Assembly: GCA_963700635.1 (NCBI GenBank)
Contig: CAVOYH010000004.1
Coordinates: 64,001-128,000, forward strand
Source of the DNA: an uncultured Bacteroidota bacterium
GTDB taxonomy: Bacteria; Bacteroidota; Ignavibacteria; UBA10030; UBA6906
Length of the DNA stretch: 64,000 bases
Direction of reading: 5' to 3'
Shown: positions 31,160 to 40,818 of the stretch, in pieces
How positions within the stretch are numbered: the stretch's first letter is position 1
Layout of the letters: the number at the start of each line of letters is the position of its first letter
The notes under the pieces: model-generated
The model's database searches: none
What the model saw: the letters and a program-made list of their open reading frames with translations, nothing else
What the model was told of the DNA's origin: nothing
Program-made: the position numbers and the translations under genes

Positions 31160-32130
31160 GTGTCCCTCCTGATGTTCCTGATCCGGCGACTGCTCCAAGC
31201 GATACCTACGCTGTTTGGGCTGGTGACCCTCGTGTTCTTCCTCTCGCGGCTCCTGCCGGGAGATCCTCGACTCTCTACCTGTATCCGGGAATTCCGCCTG
31301 CGGTCGCCGAACAGCTTAGCGCTCAGTTCGGTTTCAACCGTCCTGTCCTGGACCAGTACGTGTCCTGGCTCTCTTCCGTTCTCACCGGTGAACTGGGGCA
31401 TTCCTTTGCTCACAATGCACCCGTGACGGAGGTCATACTGCGGGTGTTTCCGAATACGGTGCTCCTCGGCGGAACGGCACTGGTTCTGGAATGTATTCTT
31501 GCGGTTCTTCTGGCGGCGATCGCGGTGCGGGAGGTGGGATCACGGATGGACAGATCCGTTTCGACGCTTACCCTTGTTGTGTACTCACTCCCATCTTTCT
31601 GGGTTGGCATAGTGTTGTTGTGGATATTCTCATACTCCCTGGGGGTGTTTCCTTCATCACAGATGTACTCCATCGGAGCAGAAGATCTCGATGGGACGGA
31701 AGCATTGATCGATCTGCTGCGGCACCTGGCGCTCCCCGCGTTTACGGTCGCGATCCCGGGTGCTGCGGCCATCACCCGGTATCTCCGGACGAACATCACG
31801 GAGACCCTGGGAGAGGATTATGTTGTTGCGGCGACAGGCATGGGGCTGTCGAAAGCCAGGGTGTTTCGATCCTATGTCCTGCCGAATTCCATCGGACCGG
31901 CGGTTTCGTTGCTGGGCATCGAAGTGGGCGTGCTCCTGACAGGCGTACTGGTTACCGAAACTCTCTTTGCATGGCCCGGAATGGGAAGGATTGCAGTCAT
32001 GGCAATATTTGCCCGGGACTACCCGCTGATTCTCGGTTGCACGCTTCTTGGAGGAATCGTCGTGGTAGCGGCGAATATCCTCTCCGACGTCCTCCGCGCC
32101 TGGATTGATCCGCGCATCAGGATCACATAA
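31160..32130 (+). CDS. Peptide ABC permease (OppB/DppB-like); apparent frameshift at ~31266
   Basis: FLIRRLLQAIPTL...LLPGDP N-terminus joins in a shifted frame to YLYPGIPPAVAEQL...QYVSW...ETLFAWPGMG...DPRI. Confidence 0.85.
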
Positions 32131-32136
32131 CTGCTC

Positions 32137-33420
32137 ATGAAAAGAATCCCCGTCATCCTTGCGAGTCTTTTCTTCGTGGCAGTCAGCGTGCTGCACTTTC
32201 GGCTGATTTCCGCGAGTCTCACTTCCCTTGCGTCATGGTGCGTGCTGGTGGTAAGCCATCCCGGCGCGTTCGCGAGCTATTGGGTCCCACCACTCCTGGA
32301 GTACTGGCTGGCCGGTGTGGCGTGGATAGGGGTGGGCTTCGGGGGCTTCCTGCATGTGATCCGGATTGGTAAACAACGGGATCACTCCAGGTCTGAAGCG
32401 GACTCACACAGGTCGGCACGGGGACAGTGGTCGCGGCGCGTTATCGGGCTCGTCATATTTGTCGCCCTGACGTCACCCTTTCTCACCCCTATCGGTCCAA
32501 ATGTACAGGGAAATCTCGTTACAACCCGGCTACAACCGCCCCTGTCAATGGGTTACGTGCGGGAGTATCTTGAGGAGGATGACACAAGCTCTGGATCCAC
32601 TGATCGTCTACATCTGGTATTCAAACGAGCAGCCAACTATCTGCTTAATCGGACAACGCTGGTGGGCGGAAGCGCGGACAGGCTCCCGTCGGATTCCGGG
32701 AGTGGAGGTGTTGTCGTCCGTGAATATCCCACCACGTTCCTGTTCGGGACCGATGATAATGCGAGGGATGTCTTTAGCAGGGTGATCGCAGGTTCGCGAG
32801 TGTCGCTTGCCGTGGGCATGAGCGCTGCGCTCGGCGCATTGCTCATCGGTCTAGCGGTGGGACTCCCGGCGGGCCTGTCCCGCGGCACTGCCGGCATTGT
32901 CCTTATGCGGATCACGGATGTGTTCCTTGCAATTCCGAGCCTGTTTCTTGTCATGGGAGGACTTGCCTTTGTTGGTGAGTCCATCACAACGATTATTCTG
33001 GTCCTTGCGGCGACGGGATGGATGGGAATTGCAAGAGTCGTGCGGGGAGAAGTTCTCTCTCTGCGCGACAGAGAATTTGTTCTGGCTGCAAAGATGTTGC
33101 GCGTGTCGAATTGGACGGTCATGGTACGGCATCTCTTGCCCAATCTCCGGCCTGTGATACTCACCGCCGCCGTACTGCAGTTTGCCAATGCGGTGCTGGG
33201 GGAAGCGGCGCTTGGTTTTCTCGGACTCGGTGTTCAACCACCTACGCCGACGTGGGGGAATATGATGGGGGAGGCGACGGGATATCTCGGCCTGGCATGG
33301 TGGGTGGGCGTGTTCCCCGGGGTTGTCCTGGCAACAGTCATCGTCTCTGCCCATTCGCTTGGTGAACGCACAACCATCACGGCGGATGTCGAAAGAACGG
33401 TCAAACACTCCCCACCATGA
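32137..33420 (+). CDS. Peptide ABC permease (OppC/DppC-like) with an extended N-terminus
   Basis: LFGTDDNARDVFSRV, ARVVRGEVLSLRDREFVLAA and FLGLGVQPPTPTWG motifs. Confidence 0.9.
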   Translation: MKRIPVILASLFFVAVSVLHFRLISASLTSLASWCVLVVSHPGAFASYWVPPLLEYWLAGVAWIGVGFGGFLHVIRIGKQRDHSRSEADSHRSARGQWSRRVIGLVIFVALTSPFLTPIGPNVQGNLVTTRLQPPLSMGYVREYLEEDDTSSGSTDRLHLVFKRAANYLLNRTTLVGGSADRLPSDSGSGGVVVREYPTTFLFGTDDNARDVFSRVIAGSRVSLAVGMSAALGALLIGLAVGLPAGLSRGTAGIVLMRITDVFLAIPSLFLVMGGLAFVGESITTIILVLAATGWMGIARVVRGEVLSLRDREFVLAAKMLRVSNWTVMVRHLLPNLRPVILTAAVLQFANAVLGEAALGFLGLGVQPPTPTWGNMMGEATGYLGLAWWVGVFPGVVLATVIVSAHSLGERTTITADVERTVKHSPP

Positions 33421-36400
33421 TGATCAATCACCGATATCACATCGTGAACCCTCTGGGAGAGGGGGGGAATGCTCAGGTATTTCTGGTGGAAGATACGCTG
33501 GAGCGGGGCCAGCGATCCGCCATGAAAGTCTTCCACCGGCAGAGTCTGGATGCTCGTGCCGAGCTCGAGCACATCTGGAATGAAATCGCGATCCTCGCTA
33601 CGCTGCATCATCCCAATCTGGTGCACGTGTTTGATTTTGGGGTGGTACGGAGTTCTGAAGAAAAATCGCTGCTGGATCGTCGCTTTCTTACCATGGAATA
33701 TATTCAAGGCGTCAGCGCCGATGCATGGTGCCGTACCGTACCGTCCGGGCAGGACCGGGCCACACATCTCAAGCATGTTCTTCTACAGGTCCTGCAGGTG
33801 CTGGCGTATGTTCACAGGCGGGGGATTATTCACTTCGACATCAAGCCGGACAACCTCCTGGTGATCTCGGGCGGCGAATCGGGGAGCGGTCTCCCGCTTG
33901 TGAAACTGACGGACTTTGGTTTTAGCGTCCACATGGGAACGGCGCATGAACTGTCGCTGCGGGGTACTCTCGAATACACCGCCCCCGAATTGCTCCGGCG
34001 GGACCCATTTGATCATCGGGTCGATCTTTATTCGCTCGGTGTCACGCTGTATGAGCTGATGGAAGGTCGCTGTCCGTTTGAAGAGGGTAATCCTGTCGAA
34101 CTCATAAAGAAGGTCCTTACCACCAAACCTGAATTCCAGCAGTCCCTCGATCCGGCATATTCTCTCCTGCTCCCTCTTCTTAAAGGACTTCTTCACGAGG
34201 ATCCTTCCCATCGATTTGAATCCGCAGGCCAAGCCGCTCGCTTTCTTCTCCCGGAAGGAGGCGGTTTGTACACAGCGGGATTTGACATCATCTCAAAGCC
34301 GGTTTTTGTCGGACGTGAAACCGAAAAGAGCCGGATCGGCCGTGCTCTTTCAGCCCTGGGCACAGAGCATGCTGGAGAACCTGAGACCGCCATCCTCATG
34401 ACGGGACCGGAAGGAATCGGAAAAACCGCTCTTGTGTCGGAAGTGGTCCGCCAGGCGCGGACAGCAGATGTTCCGGTCGTGGAGGTGAAGCACGCTCAAC
34501 GCCATGTTCCATTCAGTGCGGCGCGTTCCCTGTTGTCGATTCTCAAAGCAGAGGTTCTCTCTCGTTCTGCACGCGGCCCAGAACTGACTGAACGATTCGC
34601 CGATGTGATTGATCCCCGTGCAGAACATGGTGACGGGGAGACGGGGGAGTTTCAAACCGGCTGGCTACTCGAACGGGAAAAGACGATTGAGTCGCAGGCG
34701 CGCTTCATCAATCAGGCCTCGCTGCTCTTTCCGGTTGTGATTGTTGTTGATGATGTGGATGTGCTGGACGGTGAATCCATGGAAGTGCTTCGAACGGTAC
34801 ACCGGGACGGCACTCCGGGGCGGCTCCTGCTTCTTTTGACGGCGCCAAGAGTAAGCGATCTCCCGTTCGCTGCAAGCGAAATCCCTCTGGGGGAACTCGA
34901 CGCCGAGACTGTTGTCGCCATGAGCACTTCGACGATATCTCCTCCCACTGTCGGGGAGGCGATAGGGCTCCGCTTGCACCTGCTGTACGGAGGAACACCC
35001 TCGATTCTCGTTGAAGCGCTCTACTCGGCTGGAAAGCTGTTGTACGGCGAATCCCTGGATGAAATTGCAGACAGGTCGGGCCTTGCAGAGAAGGTGACCC
35101 TCAAGCTTCCACGCGACCTTGACCAGTTTCTGCTCAAGCGTTACCAATCGCTCGATCGGGGACTCCAGTTGACTCTGGATGTTCTGTCATGCTTCAGTGG
35201 ATCAGCACGGCTTGAAGTGGTCGAGGCAGTCCTGCCTTTCCAGCGCCAACGGACCCAGGCATACCTCTCGTTGCTCGAAGCCCACGGGCTTATAACATCC
35301 CACGATGCTGGCAAACGGTTTGCCGTGCGTCACACAAAACTGAAAGCCCTGATCAACTCTGCCCTGCAAGATGCCAGGCCTGCCACCCATTTGTTCATTG
35401 CATCCACATTGGAGGGCATCGCCGGAGCCCGTTCGTTTGATGATCTGCAGGAACTTGCCTACCAGTACACGCAAGCCGGACAGAGTGTTGAGGCACTGCT
35501 CTGGCTTGAAGCCGCCGGGGATGAAGGAACACAGCTCTCGGCCCACCAACAGGCGGGGCAACTTTACCGGCGGGCGATGGACCTGAGTCGCCCTGCGGAT
35601 GGCGTGAGCGTTGAGCGGCTCACTGTGAAACTTGCGGAGTCGCTGTTCCGCGGTGGTGCATTTCGTGATGCGATTGAGCTTGCGACACACGTTCTCGGCA
35701 CGGAACTTCTTGATGCCACTCACACAACGGTCCTCCACAAAATTGCCGGTCTCGCACAGTCACGGTTGGGTGAGTACCGGGAGGGGAAAAAGCACATTGA
35801 GACTGCCCTTGAGACGTGCGGTGACGCTCGGGAGAACGTTGAGCTTACGCAGGAACTGGTGGGCATTGACATCGCCCTGGGCAGTTTTCTCGAAGCAGAA
35901 CAGGCCAGTATTGTTCAGCTGGATCGGGCAAAAAGCCTCGGCAATCAGCTGAGTCTGGCTGCCATCTATACGGACCTGGGAATAGCAACGTTTTTCCAGG
36001 AATTGTATGACCGTTCGATTGAGTATTTCCGTGAGTCGATGGAAATCTATATAAGCGCAAAACACCACATGCATGCCGTTGATGCACAAATGAATATCGG
36101 CAACGTGATGAGCGCAAAGGGGAGGATTGCTGACGCAATTGAATGCTGGAGTGAGGCTCTCAGACAAAGCCAGGAATACGGTACGTTGAATCAACAGGCG
36201 CAGATCCTTAACAATATCGGCATTGCGCACTTTAAACTGAAACGATTCCGGGAGGCCAGGAGTTTCTATAACAACGCAAAAACGTTGTTTCATCGTCTGG
36301 ACTCAAAACAGGGGAGCGCGTACATTCTCACGAATCTTGGTGAGGTAGGATTCGCCGAGGGGCAGTATGAGCCGGCCCTTCTGATGTGGAAAGATGCTCT

Positions 36401-37124
36401 GCAACACTATTATGAAATGCACGATAGTCTGGGGATAGTTGAGACGCTGCTCCAGCTCGCTCAGGTTCATCTTGTCCTGGGTGATGGTGTATCCGCAAGC
36501 GCGATTCTTGGAGAAGCAGAGGCTCTGGTGAAGAGCAAGAATCTAGAGAGCTTTCGGGCTCACATGCTCTTCGTGCGTGGGATGTCTCTGATGCTTCTGG
36601 GGAACCATGATGCAGCCCGGAGTGCGTTCATGGACGCAGAGGAGCGTATGCAGGAGAGCGGGGACATCGCGCAGAGGTTATTGCTCGCGGTGCGCATGGC
36701 CGAATGTGACCATCATAGGGGCGAAGTCGATTCAGCGGTGGCCCTGGCCCGTCATGCGCTCGAGTTAGGGGAAACGCACACTCAACCCAACATCATCGCT
36801 GAGGCGTGCTTGCTCCTGGGAACGATTGCGAAGGCCTCTCCATCACGCGTTCAGGAAAAGGCGCTCCTGTTGTTCCGCACGGGGTTTGAGGCAATTGCGG
36901 AAGAACCGGTAACTGAGGTGACGTGGAAACTTGCGATGGCCCTTGGAGGTGAATTTCATGCACGCGGACAAAGAGAGAAAGCGAAGGGATTCCTGTCACA
37001 AGCGAAACTGGTGCTGCAGTTTTTTCTTTCACATTTTGCATCTTCTGAGCTCAGGAATCAATATCTTGCAGCAGGAAGCAAGGATGCGGTGATGAAAAAT
37101 CTTGATTCATTTTTGACTACGTAG
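33417..37124 (+). CDS. Ser/Thr protein kinase - STAND (AAA_16-like) ATPase - TPR protein
   Basis: Kinase motifs GEGGNA, AMK, HFDIKPDN, DFG, GTLEYTAPE, DLYSLG; FVGRETE, Walker A GPEGIGKT, Walker B VIVVDDVD; many TPR-like repeats; no TM seen. Confidence 0.9.
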   Translation: MMINHRYHIVNPLGEGGNAQVFLVEDTLERGQRSAMKVFHRQSLDARAELEHIWNEIAILATLHHPNLVHVFDFGVVRSSEEKSLLDRRFLTMEYIQGVSADAWCRTVPSGQDRATHLKHVLLQVLQVLAYVHRRGIIHFDIKPDNLLVISGGESGSGLPLVKLTDFGFSVHMGTAHELSLRGTLEYTAPELLRRDPFDHRVDLYSLGVTLYELMEGRCPFEEGNPVELIKKVLTTKPEFQQSLDPAYSLLLPLLKGLLHEDPSHRFESAGQAARFLLPEGGGLYTAGFDIISKPVFVGRETEKSRIGRALSALGTEHAGEPETAILMTGPEGIGKTALVSEVVRQARTADVPVVEVKHAQRHVPFSAARSLLSILKAEVLSRSARGPELTERFADVIDPRAEHGDGETGEFQTGWLLEREKTIESQARFINQASLLFPVVIVVDDVDVLDGESMEVLRTVHRDGTPGRLLLLLTAPRVSDLPFAASEIPLGELDAETVVAMSTSTISPPTVGEAIGLRLHLLYGGTPSILVEALYSAGKLLYGESLDEIADRSGLAEKVTLKLPRDLDQFLLKRYQSLDRGLQLTLDVLSCFSGSARLEVVEAVLPFQRQRTQAYLSLLEAHGLITSHDAGKRFAVRHTKLKALINSALQDARPATHLFIASTLEGIAGARSFDDLQELAYQYTQAGQSVEALLWLEAAGDEGTQLSAHQQAGQLYRRAMDLSRPADGVSVERLTVKLAESLFRGGAFRDAIELATHVLGTELLDATHTTVLHKIAGLAQSRLGEYREGKKHIETALETCGDARENVELTQELVGIDIALGSFLEAEQASIVQLDRAKSLGNQLSLAAIYTDLGIATFFQELYDRSIEYFRESMEIYISAKHHMHAVDAQMNIGNVMSAKGRIADAIECWSEALRQSQEYGTLNQQAQILNNIGIAHFKLKRFREARSFYNNAKTLFHRLDSKQGSAYILTNLGEVGFAEGQYEPALLMWKDALQHYYEMHDSLGIVETLLQLAQVHLVLGDGVSASAILGEAEALVKSKNLESFRAHMLFVRGMSLMLLGNHDAARSAFMDAEERMQESGDIAQRLLLAVRMAECDHHRGEVDSAVALARHALELGETHTQPNIIAEACLLLGTIAKASPSRVQEKALLLFRTGFEAIAEEPVTEVTWKLAMALGGEFHARGQREKAKGFLSQAKLVLQFFLSHFASSELRNQYLAAGSKDAVMKNLDSFLTT

Positions 37125-37138
37125 GGGATTCGGCCACC

Positions 37139-38572
37139 GTGGCTTCACGAAAAGATCGATTCGTCATTCTGCTCTCGGGTAGAAAAGAAATCATGGAACG
37201 CGTGCGGCGGTATGTCCGTTTGACCGACGCGATGCATCTTCAGTTTGTGTCCTCGCCAAGCTATCTGTCCGGAAGGGCCATTTTCAAAACGCCGGATCTT
37301 GTGCTGCTTGACGTCACAAAAGATACGGTCATTCTCCGGTCGGCAATCAGTGAGTTTGCGTCCCAGTTCCCGGATGTACCCATTCTGGCCATGACGCGGG
37401 CGGCCGACCACTCCTTCGCGGTGGAACTTGTGAAGCTGGGTGTGTCTGCATATTTTGTCGTCCCGGATGAGCAGCGAAAAATCATGGAACAGATCACATT
37501 ATTCCACAATGAATGGATCGCCAGGAGGGCAAAAAAGAAATTTGTGGATCTGCAGAAGGAGACATACGACTTCAGACATATTATCGGGACCTCACCGCTC
37601 CTGAAAGTCACCATGGAACGGGCTCAAAAAGTCATCATAAACAGCACCATGACGGTCCTGATCACCGGCGAAACCGGAACGGGAAAGGAACTTTTTGCCC
37701 GGGCGATTCACTACAACGGGAAAAACAAGAACAGCCCGTTCGTTGATATAGCCTGTACGGCACTTCCGGAGACCCTCCTCGAGTCTGAGCTGTTTGGCTA
37801 TGAGAAAGGCGCGTTTACCGACGCGAAGGAGAGGAAAATCGGTCTATTCGAACTGGCCGGTGACGGATCTATCTTTCTTGATGAAATCGGCGATATTTCC
37901 ATTGCGACACAATCAAAACTCCTGAAGGTGATCGAAGACCGCTCGATGAGAAGAGTCGGTGGCGTTCGGGATGTCCCGGTGCGGGCACGTATTATTGCGG
38001 CAACGAGCGCTGACCTTGATGCGAAGATGCGGGCGGGGGAGTTTCGAAAAGACCTGTACCACCGGCTCAAAATACTTCCTCTTGAATTGCCGCCGTTGAG
38101 GGACAGGAAGGATGACATACCGCTGCTTGTGAAGGAATTCCTTCGGACGTTCAACCAGGCGTACAAAAAGGAGATTAAGGGGCTGACTCCCCTCGCATTG
38201 CAGGCCCTTATGGAACATGAATGGGAGGGGAATGTCCGGGAACTCAAACATTGTATGGAACGCGCCGTCCTTCTGGAAGAACGGAGCTGGATTACGGAGC
38301 AGGATTTTGACTTCGCAATCGCGAAAGCACGCCCCACGAAGCGCACACTGATTGCCAACAGTCCCGAAAGCCTGCCTCCGAAAGAAGTCGATACGCTCAT
38401 GCTCCTGATCCCCCTTGACCACGCTTCATTACAGGAAGTGCAGAGAACGTGTGTCCTGAAGGTGCTGGACCATGTGGGGGGAAACAAGATGAAGGCGTCA
38501 AAAATTCTCAAAATTTCAAGGCCACGCCTCGACCGTATCCTCAAGGACGCCGACGACGACCCTGAAGAATGA
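37139..38572 (+). CDS. Sigma54-dependent enhancer-binding protein (receiver-like, AAA+, Fis-type HTH)
   Basis: GETGTGKE, ESELFGYEKGAFTDA, FLDEIG, FRKDLYHRL, WEGNVREL, and GGNKMKASKILKISR HTH. Confidence 0.92.
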   Translation: MASRKDRFVILLSGRKEIMERVRRYVRLTDAMHLQFVSSPSYLSGRAIFKTPDLVLLDVTKDTVILRSAISEFASQFPDVPILAMTRAADHSFAVELVKLGVSAYFVVPDEQRKIMEQITLFHNEWIARRAKKKFVDLQKETYDFRHIIGTSPLLKVTMERAQKVIINSTMTVLITGETGTGKELFARAIHYNGKNKNSPFVDIACTALPETLLESELFGYEKGAFTDAKERKIGLFELAGDGSIFLDEIGDISIATQSKLLKVIEDRSMRRVGGVRDVPVRARIIAATSADLDAKMRAGEFRKDLYHRLKILPLELPPLRDRKDDIPLLVKEFLRTFNQAYKKEIKGLTPLALQALMEHEWEGNVRELKHCMERAVLLEERSWITEQDFDFAIAKARPTKRTLIANSPESLPPKEVDTLMLLIPLDHASLQEVQRTCVLKVLDHVGGNKMKASKILKISRPRLDRILKDADDDPEE

Positions 38573-38602
38573 TGTAACGTCCTGGATGAGCGAGTGTAAC
38601 GT
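38573..38602 (+). promoter_or_regulatory. Candidate upstream activator (enhancer) sites
   Basis: TGTAACGT at 38573-38580 and 38595-38602, 22 bp apart and 125-155 bp upstream of the sigma54-like element. Confidence 0.5.
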
Positions 38603-38727
38603 TTTAGAGCATCACTTGACCTGCGTCACCTCATTCCCTGCCTCCCCCGAAACCACGAATTTTCATCCCGATCGCCGATCTGGCCCGGCATGCTCCATTT
38701 TGTACAATTCTCCACGATGACCTTTTG

Positions 38728-38742
38728 TGGCACAAAGGTTGA
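38728..38742 (+). promoter_or_regulatory. Sigma54 (-24/-12)-type promoter
   Basis: TGGCAC-AAAGG-TTGA versus consensus TGGCAC-N5-TTGC (one mismatch at -12); lies directly downstream of the sigma54 activator gene. Confidence 0.65.
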
Positions 38743-38920
38743 TCTCTTTACCAGCAGACGCAATCGTGAGACCATACGAAAGTCACTCTTGAGCGGAAAT
38801 CGGTATTCAGTCAAAGCGGAGGGCACAATGCAAGAAGAGGACCAACACATTATCATCAACAGATTCACGCGCTTCATCCAGGCTCTACACATCGATAGAA
38901 GTATCAGAAGGAGTAAAATC

Positions 38921-39520
38921 ATGAACTTTTCAACTGTGAAAGCGGGCTTGCTTATCGGCGCTCTGTTCGTCACCCTGTTGACGGGGTGCCGGAATGATGG
39001 TCCGGTGGGCGTGGAAAACGCCCCATCAGCCACCCAGGAGCCTGACTTCCTGAAGATGCCCAAAAACCTGTCACTCCAGAAAGTCCTTGAATCGTCGGCA
39101 CTGATAACTCCTGAGGATGGCGGACAACTCAAGCTGGAATTTAAGTATGACTACACCACCAGCACGGGAGAAGTAAAAGAGTTGGACGTCAAGATGAAGT
39201 TGAAGTTTCCCAAAGGCGCCGTCCAACATCCGCTTGTTGCCAGGTTACGCATTGACGATGAGGTCCTGAGATCGAATGTGGACATTACGTTCAACCCGCA
39301 CGGTTCCACCTTCCTCACGCCGGCCATTCTTGACGTGGACGTGAGCGGGATGGATGTGAACGGGATGAGTCCCGATTCTCAGGTGTGGCTGTATTATGAT
39401 GAGGATGGTACGTGGGTGAAGATGGTCGCCAAAAAGGTTGAATTCAAATTCAAAGGTGGCAAGATCAAGTGCGATCATGGCGAGCTGCCGCACTTTTCAC
39501 GGTATGCGTTCGGCCGGTAG
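38921..39520 (+). CDS. Lipoprotein with ZU5-like domain ending in HFS-RYAFGR
   Basis: AAGGAG RBS; lipobox LLTGC; ZU5-like motifs ITPEDGGQL, FPKGAV, FNPHGSTFLTPAIL; HFS at 39491-39499. Family assignment is by motif recognition only. Confidence 0.65.
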   Translation: MNFSTVKAGLLIGALFVTLLTGCRNDGPVGVENAPSATQEPDFLKMPKNLSLQKVLESSALITPEDGGQLKLEFKYDYTTSTGEVKELDVKMKLKFPKGAVQHPLVARLRIDDEVLRSNVDITFNPHGSTFLTPAILDVDVSGMDVNGMSPDSQVWLYYDEDGTWVKMVAKKVEFKFKGGKIKCDHGELPHFSRYAFGR

Positions 39521-39570
39521 GACCAACACATCAACCAATCACGGTGATTCGGTCTCACAACAGCGAAACA

Positions 39571-40818
39571 ATGAAAACAGAAACCGTCACAAAACAGATC
39601 CTCGGCATAGTCAGCGCTTATTGCGAGCCGAATGTGGTGACGGGTCTCGTAAAAGACCTGCGACGATCGGACGCGCTTGAGCATAGAATGTTGGCGGGAA
39701 AGAGCGGCGGCCACATACGTCGGAAGGACCGGGACCTCGTACTGGAGGAGCAGGGAAAACTGGATCGTTTGATTACGCTCTGTCAAGAACGGCTAAGAAT
39801 GGAGGACGTGTGTCAGGTGTTGCTGGGCATCGGGGACGTCTTCAAGGTTCACGGCGAGACACACCGGGCTGAGGAGCTGTACTCGATGGTTGTTGCGCAG
39901 GACGATCCACATCGGAAGAATGGGGTTGTCGCGGAAGCGTACCTGCGCCGTGGAGAAATATACTCCCGCAGAGCCCAGTGGAAACAATCCGCCTCCGACC
40001 TTGCCCGCAGCCGCGCGATTGTCTCAGAGTTGAACGATTTTGAGGCCCTTGGCCGGGTTGACAACATTCTTGGCACGAACCATGCGGAACAGGGGAAGAT
40101 CAATAAGGCCATAGAATTCTTCGAACGTGCCTTCAAGCAGTTCGAACACACCCGGCAGACACAGATGGCTGGCGTTGCGCTGATGAATCTCGGCATTACG
40201 TACAACATGATCGGTGAATACGACTCCGCCGTGACCTACTATACGCGGGCAAAATCCTATTTTGAGAACGTCGGCGATGTGAATCGGCTTTCGGAGGTGC
40301 ATCACAACACGGGAATGACGCATCTTTCCAGACGGATGTTCAAGGACGCAATCGGGGAGTTTAATACGAGTTACATGCTGTCGGCGTCGCTGCAGAATCT
40401 GTCCCTCATGGGACTGGCAAATCTGGGGAAAGCCCATGCGTATTATCATCTTCGCGACTTCCCCATGGCAGTAAAGCTGGTAAGCCAGGCGGTCGACTAC
40501 GCTACGAAATCGGGCGATCGATTGAGTCTCGCAGACGCCTATAAGGTAAAAGGGATGATCCATCGGGAAATGCAGAGTTATGATTCCGCTGCATCATACC
40601 TCCGGACAAGCGTTCGGATAAATACCGAACTCCACAATCAGTTGAACCTGGCGGAGTCATATTTTGAGATCGGCGTGCTGGAAGTGAAACGTCAGAACAC
40701 CGACGAGGCGTTACAGGCGTTTCAGAAGGCCCGCGCCGCGTTTAAGAAACTTGGCGCCCACAAGGATGTGAAAAAGACCATGGACCAGATAGTGGCTCTC
40801 GGAGGGACCAACGGATGA
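39571..40818 (+). CDS. Stand-alone cytoplasmic tetratricopeptide repeat protein
   Basis: About eight ~40-aa TPR units (e.g. ALMNLGITYNMIGEYDSAVTYY); no signal peptide; ATGA overlap with the histidine kinase gene. Confidence 0.85.
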   Translation: MKTETVTKQILGIVSAYCEPNVVTGLVKDLRRSDALEHRMLAGKSGGHIRRKDRDLVLEEQGKLDRLITLCQERLRMEDVCQVLLGIGDVFKVHGETHRAEELYSMVVAQDDPHRKNGVVAEAYLRRGEIYSRRAQWKQSASDLARSRAIVSELNDFEALGRVDNILGTNHAEQGKINKAIEFFERAFKQFEHTRQTQMAGVALMNLGITYNMIGEYDSAVTYYTRAKSYFENVGDVNRLSEVHHNTGMTHLSRRMFKDAIGEFNTSYMLSASLQNLSLMGLANLGKAHAYYHLRDFPMAVKLVSQAVDYATKSGDRLSLADAYKVKGMIHREMQSYDSAASYLRTSVRINTELHNQLNLAESYFEIGVLEVKRQNTDEALQAFQKARAAFKKLGAHKDVKKTMDQIVALGGTNG

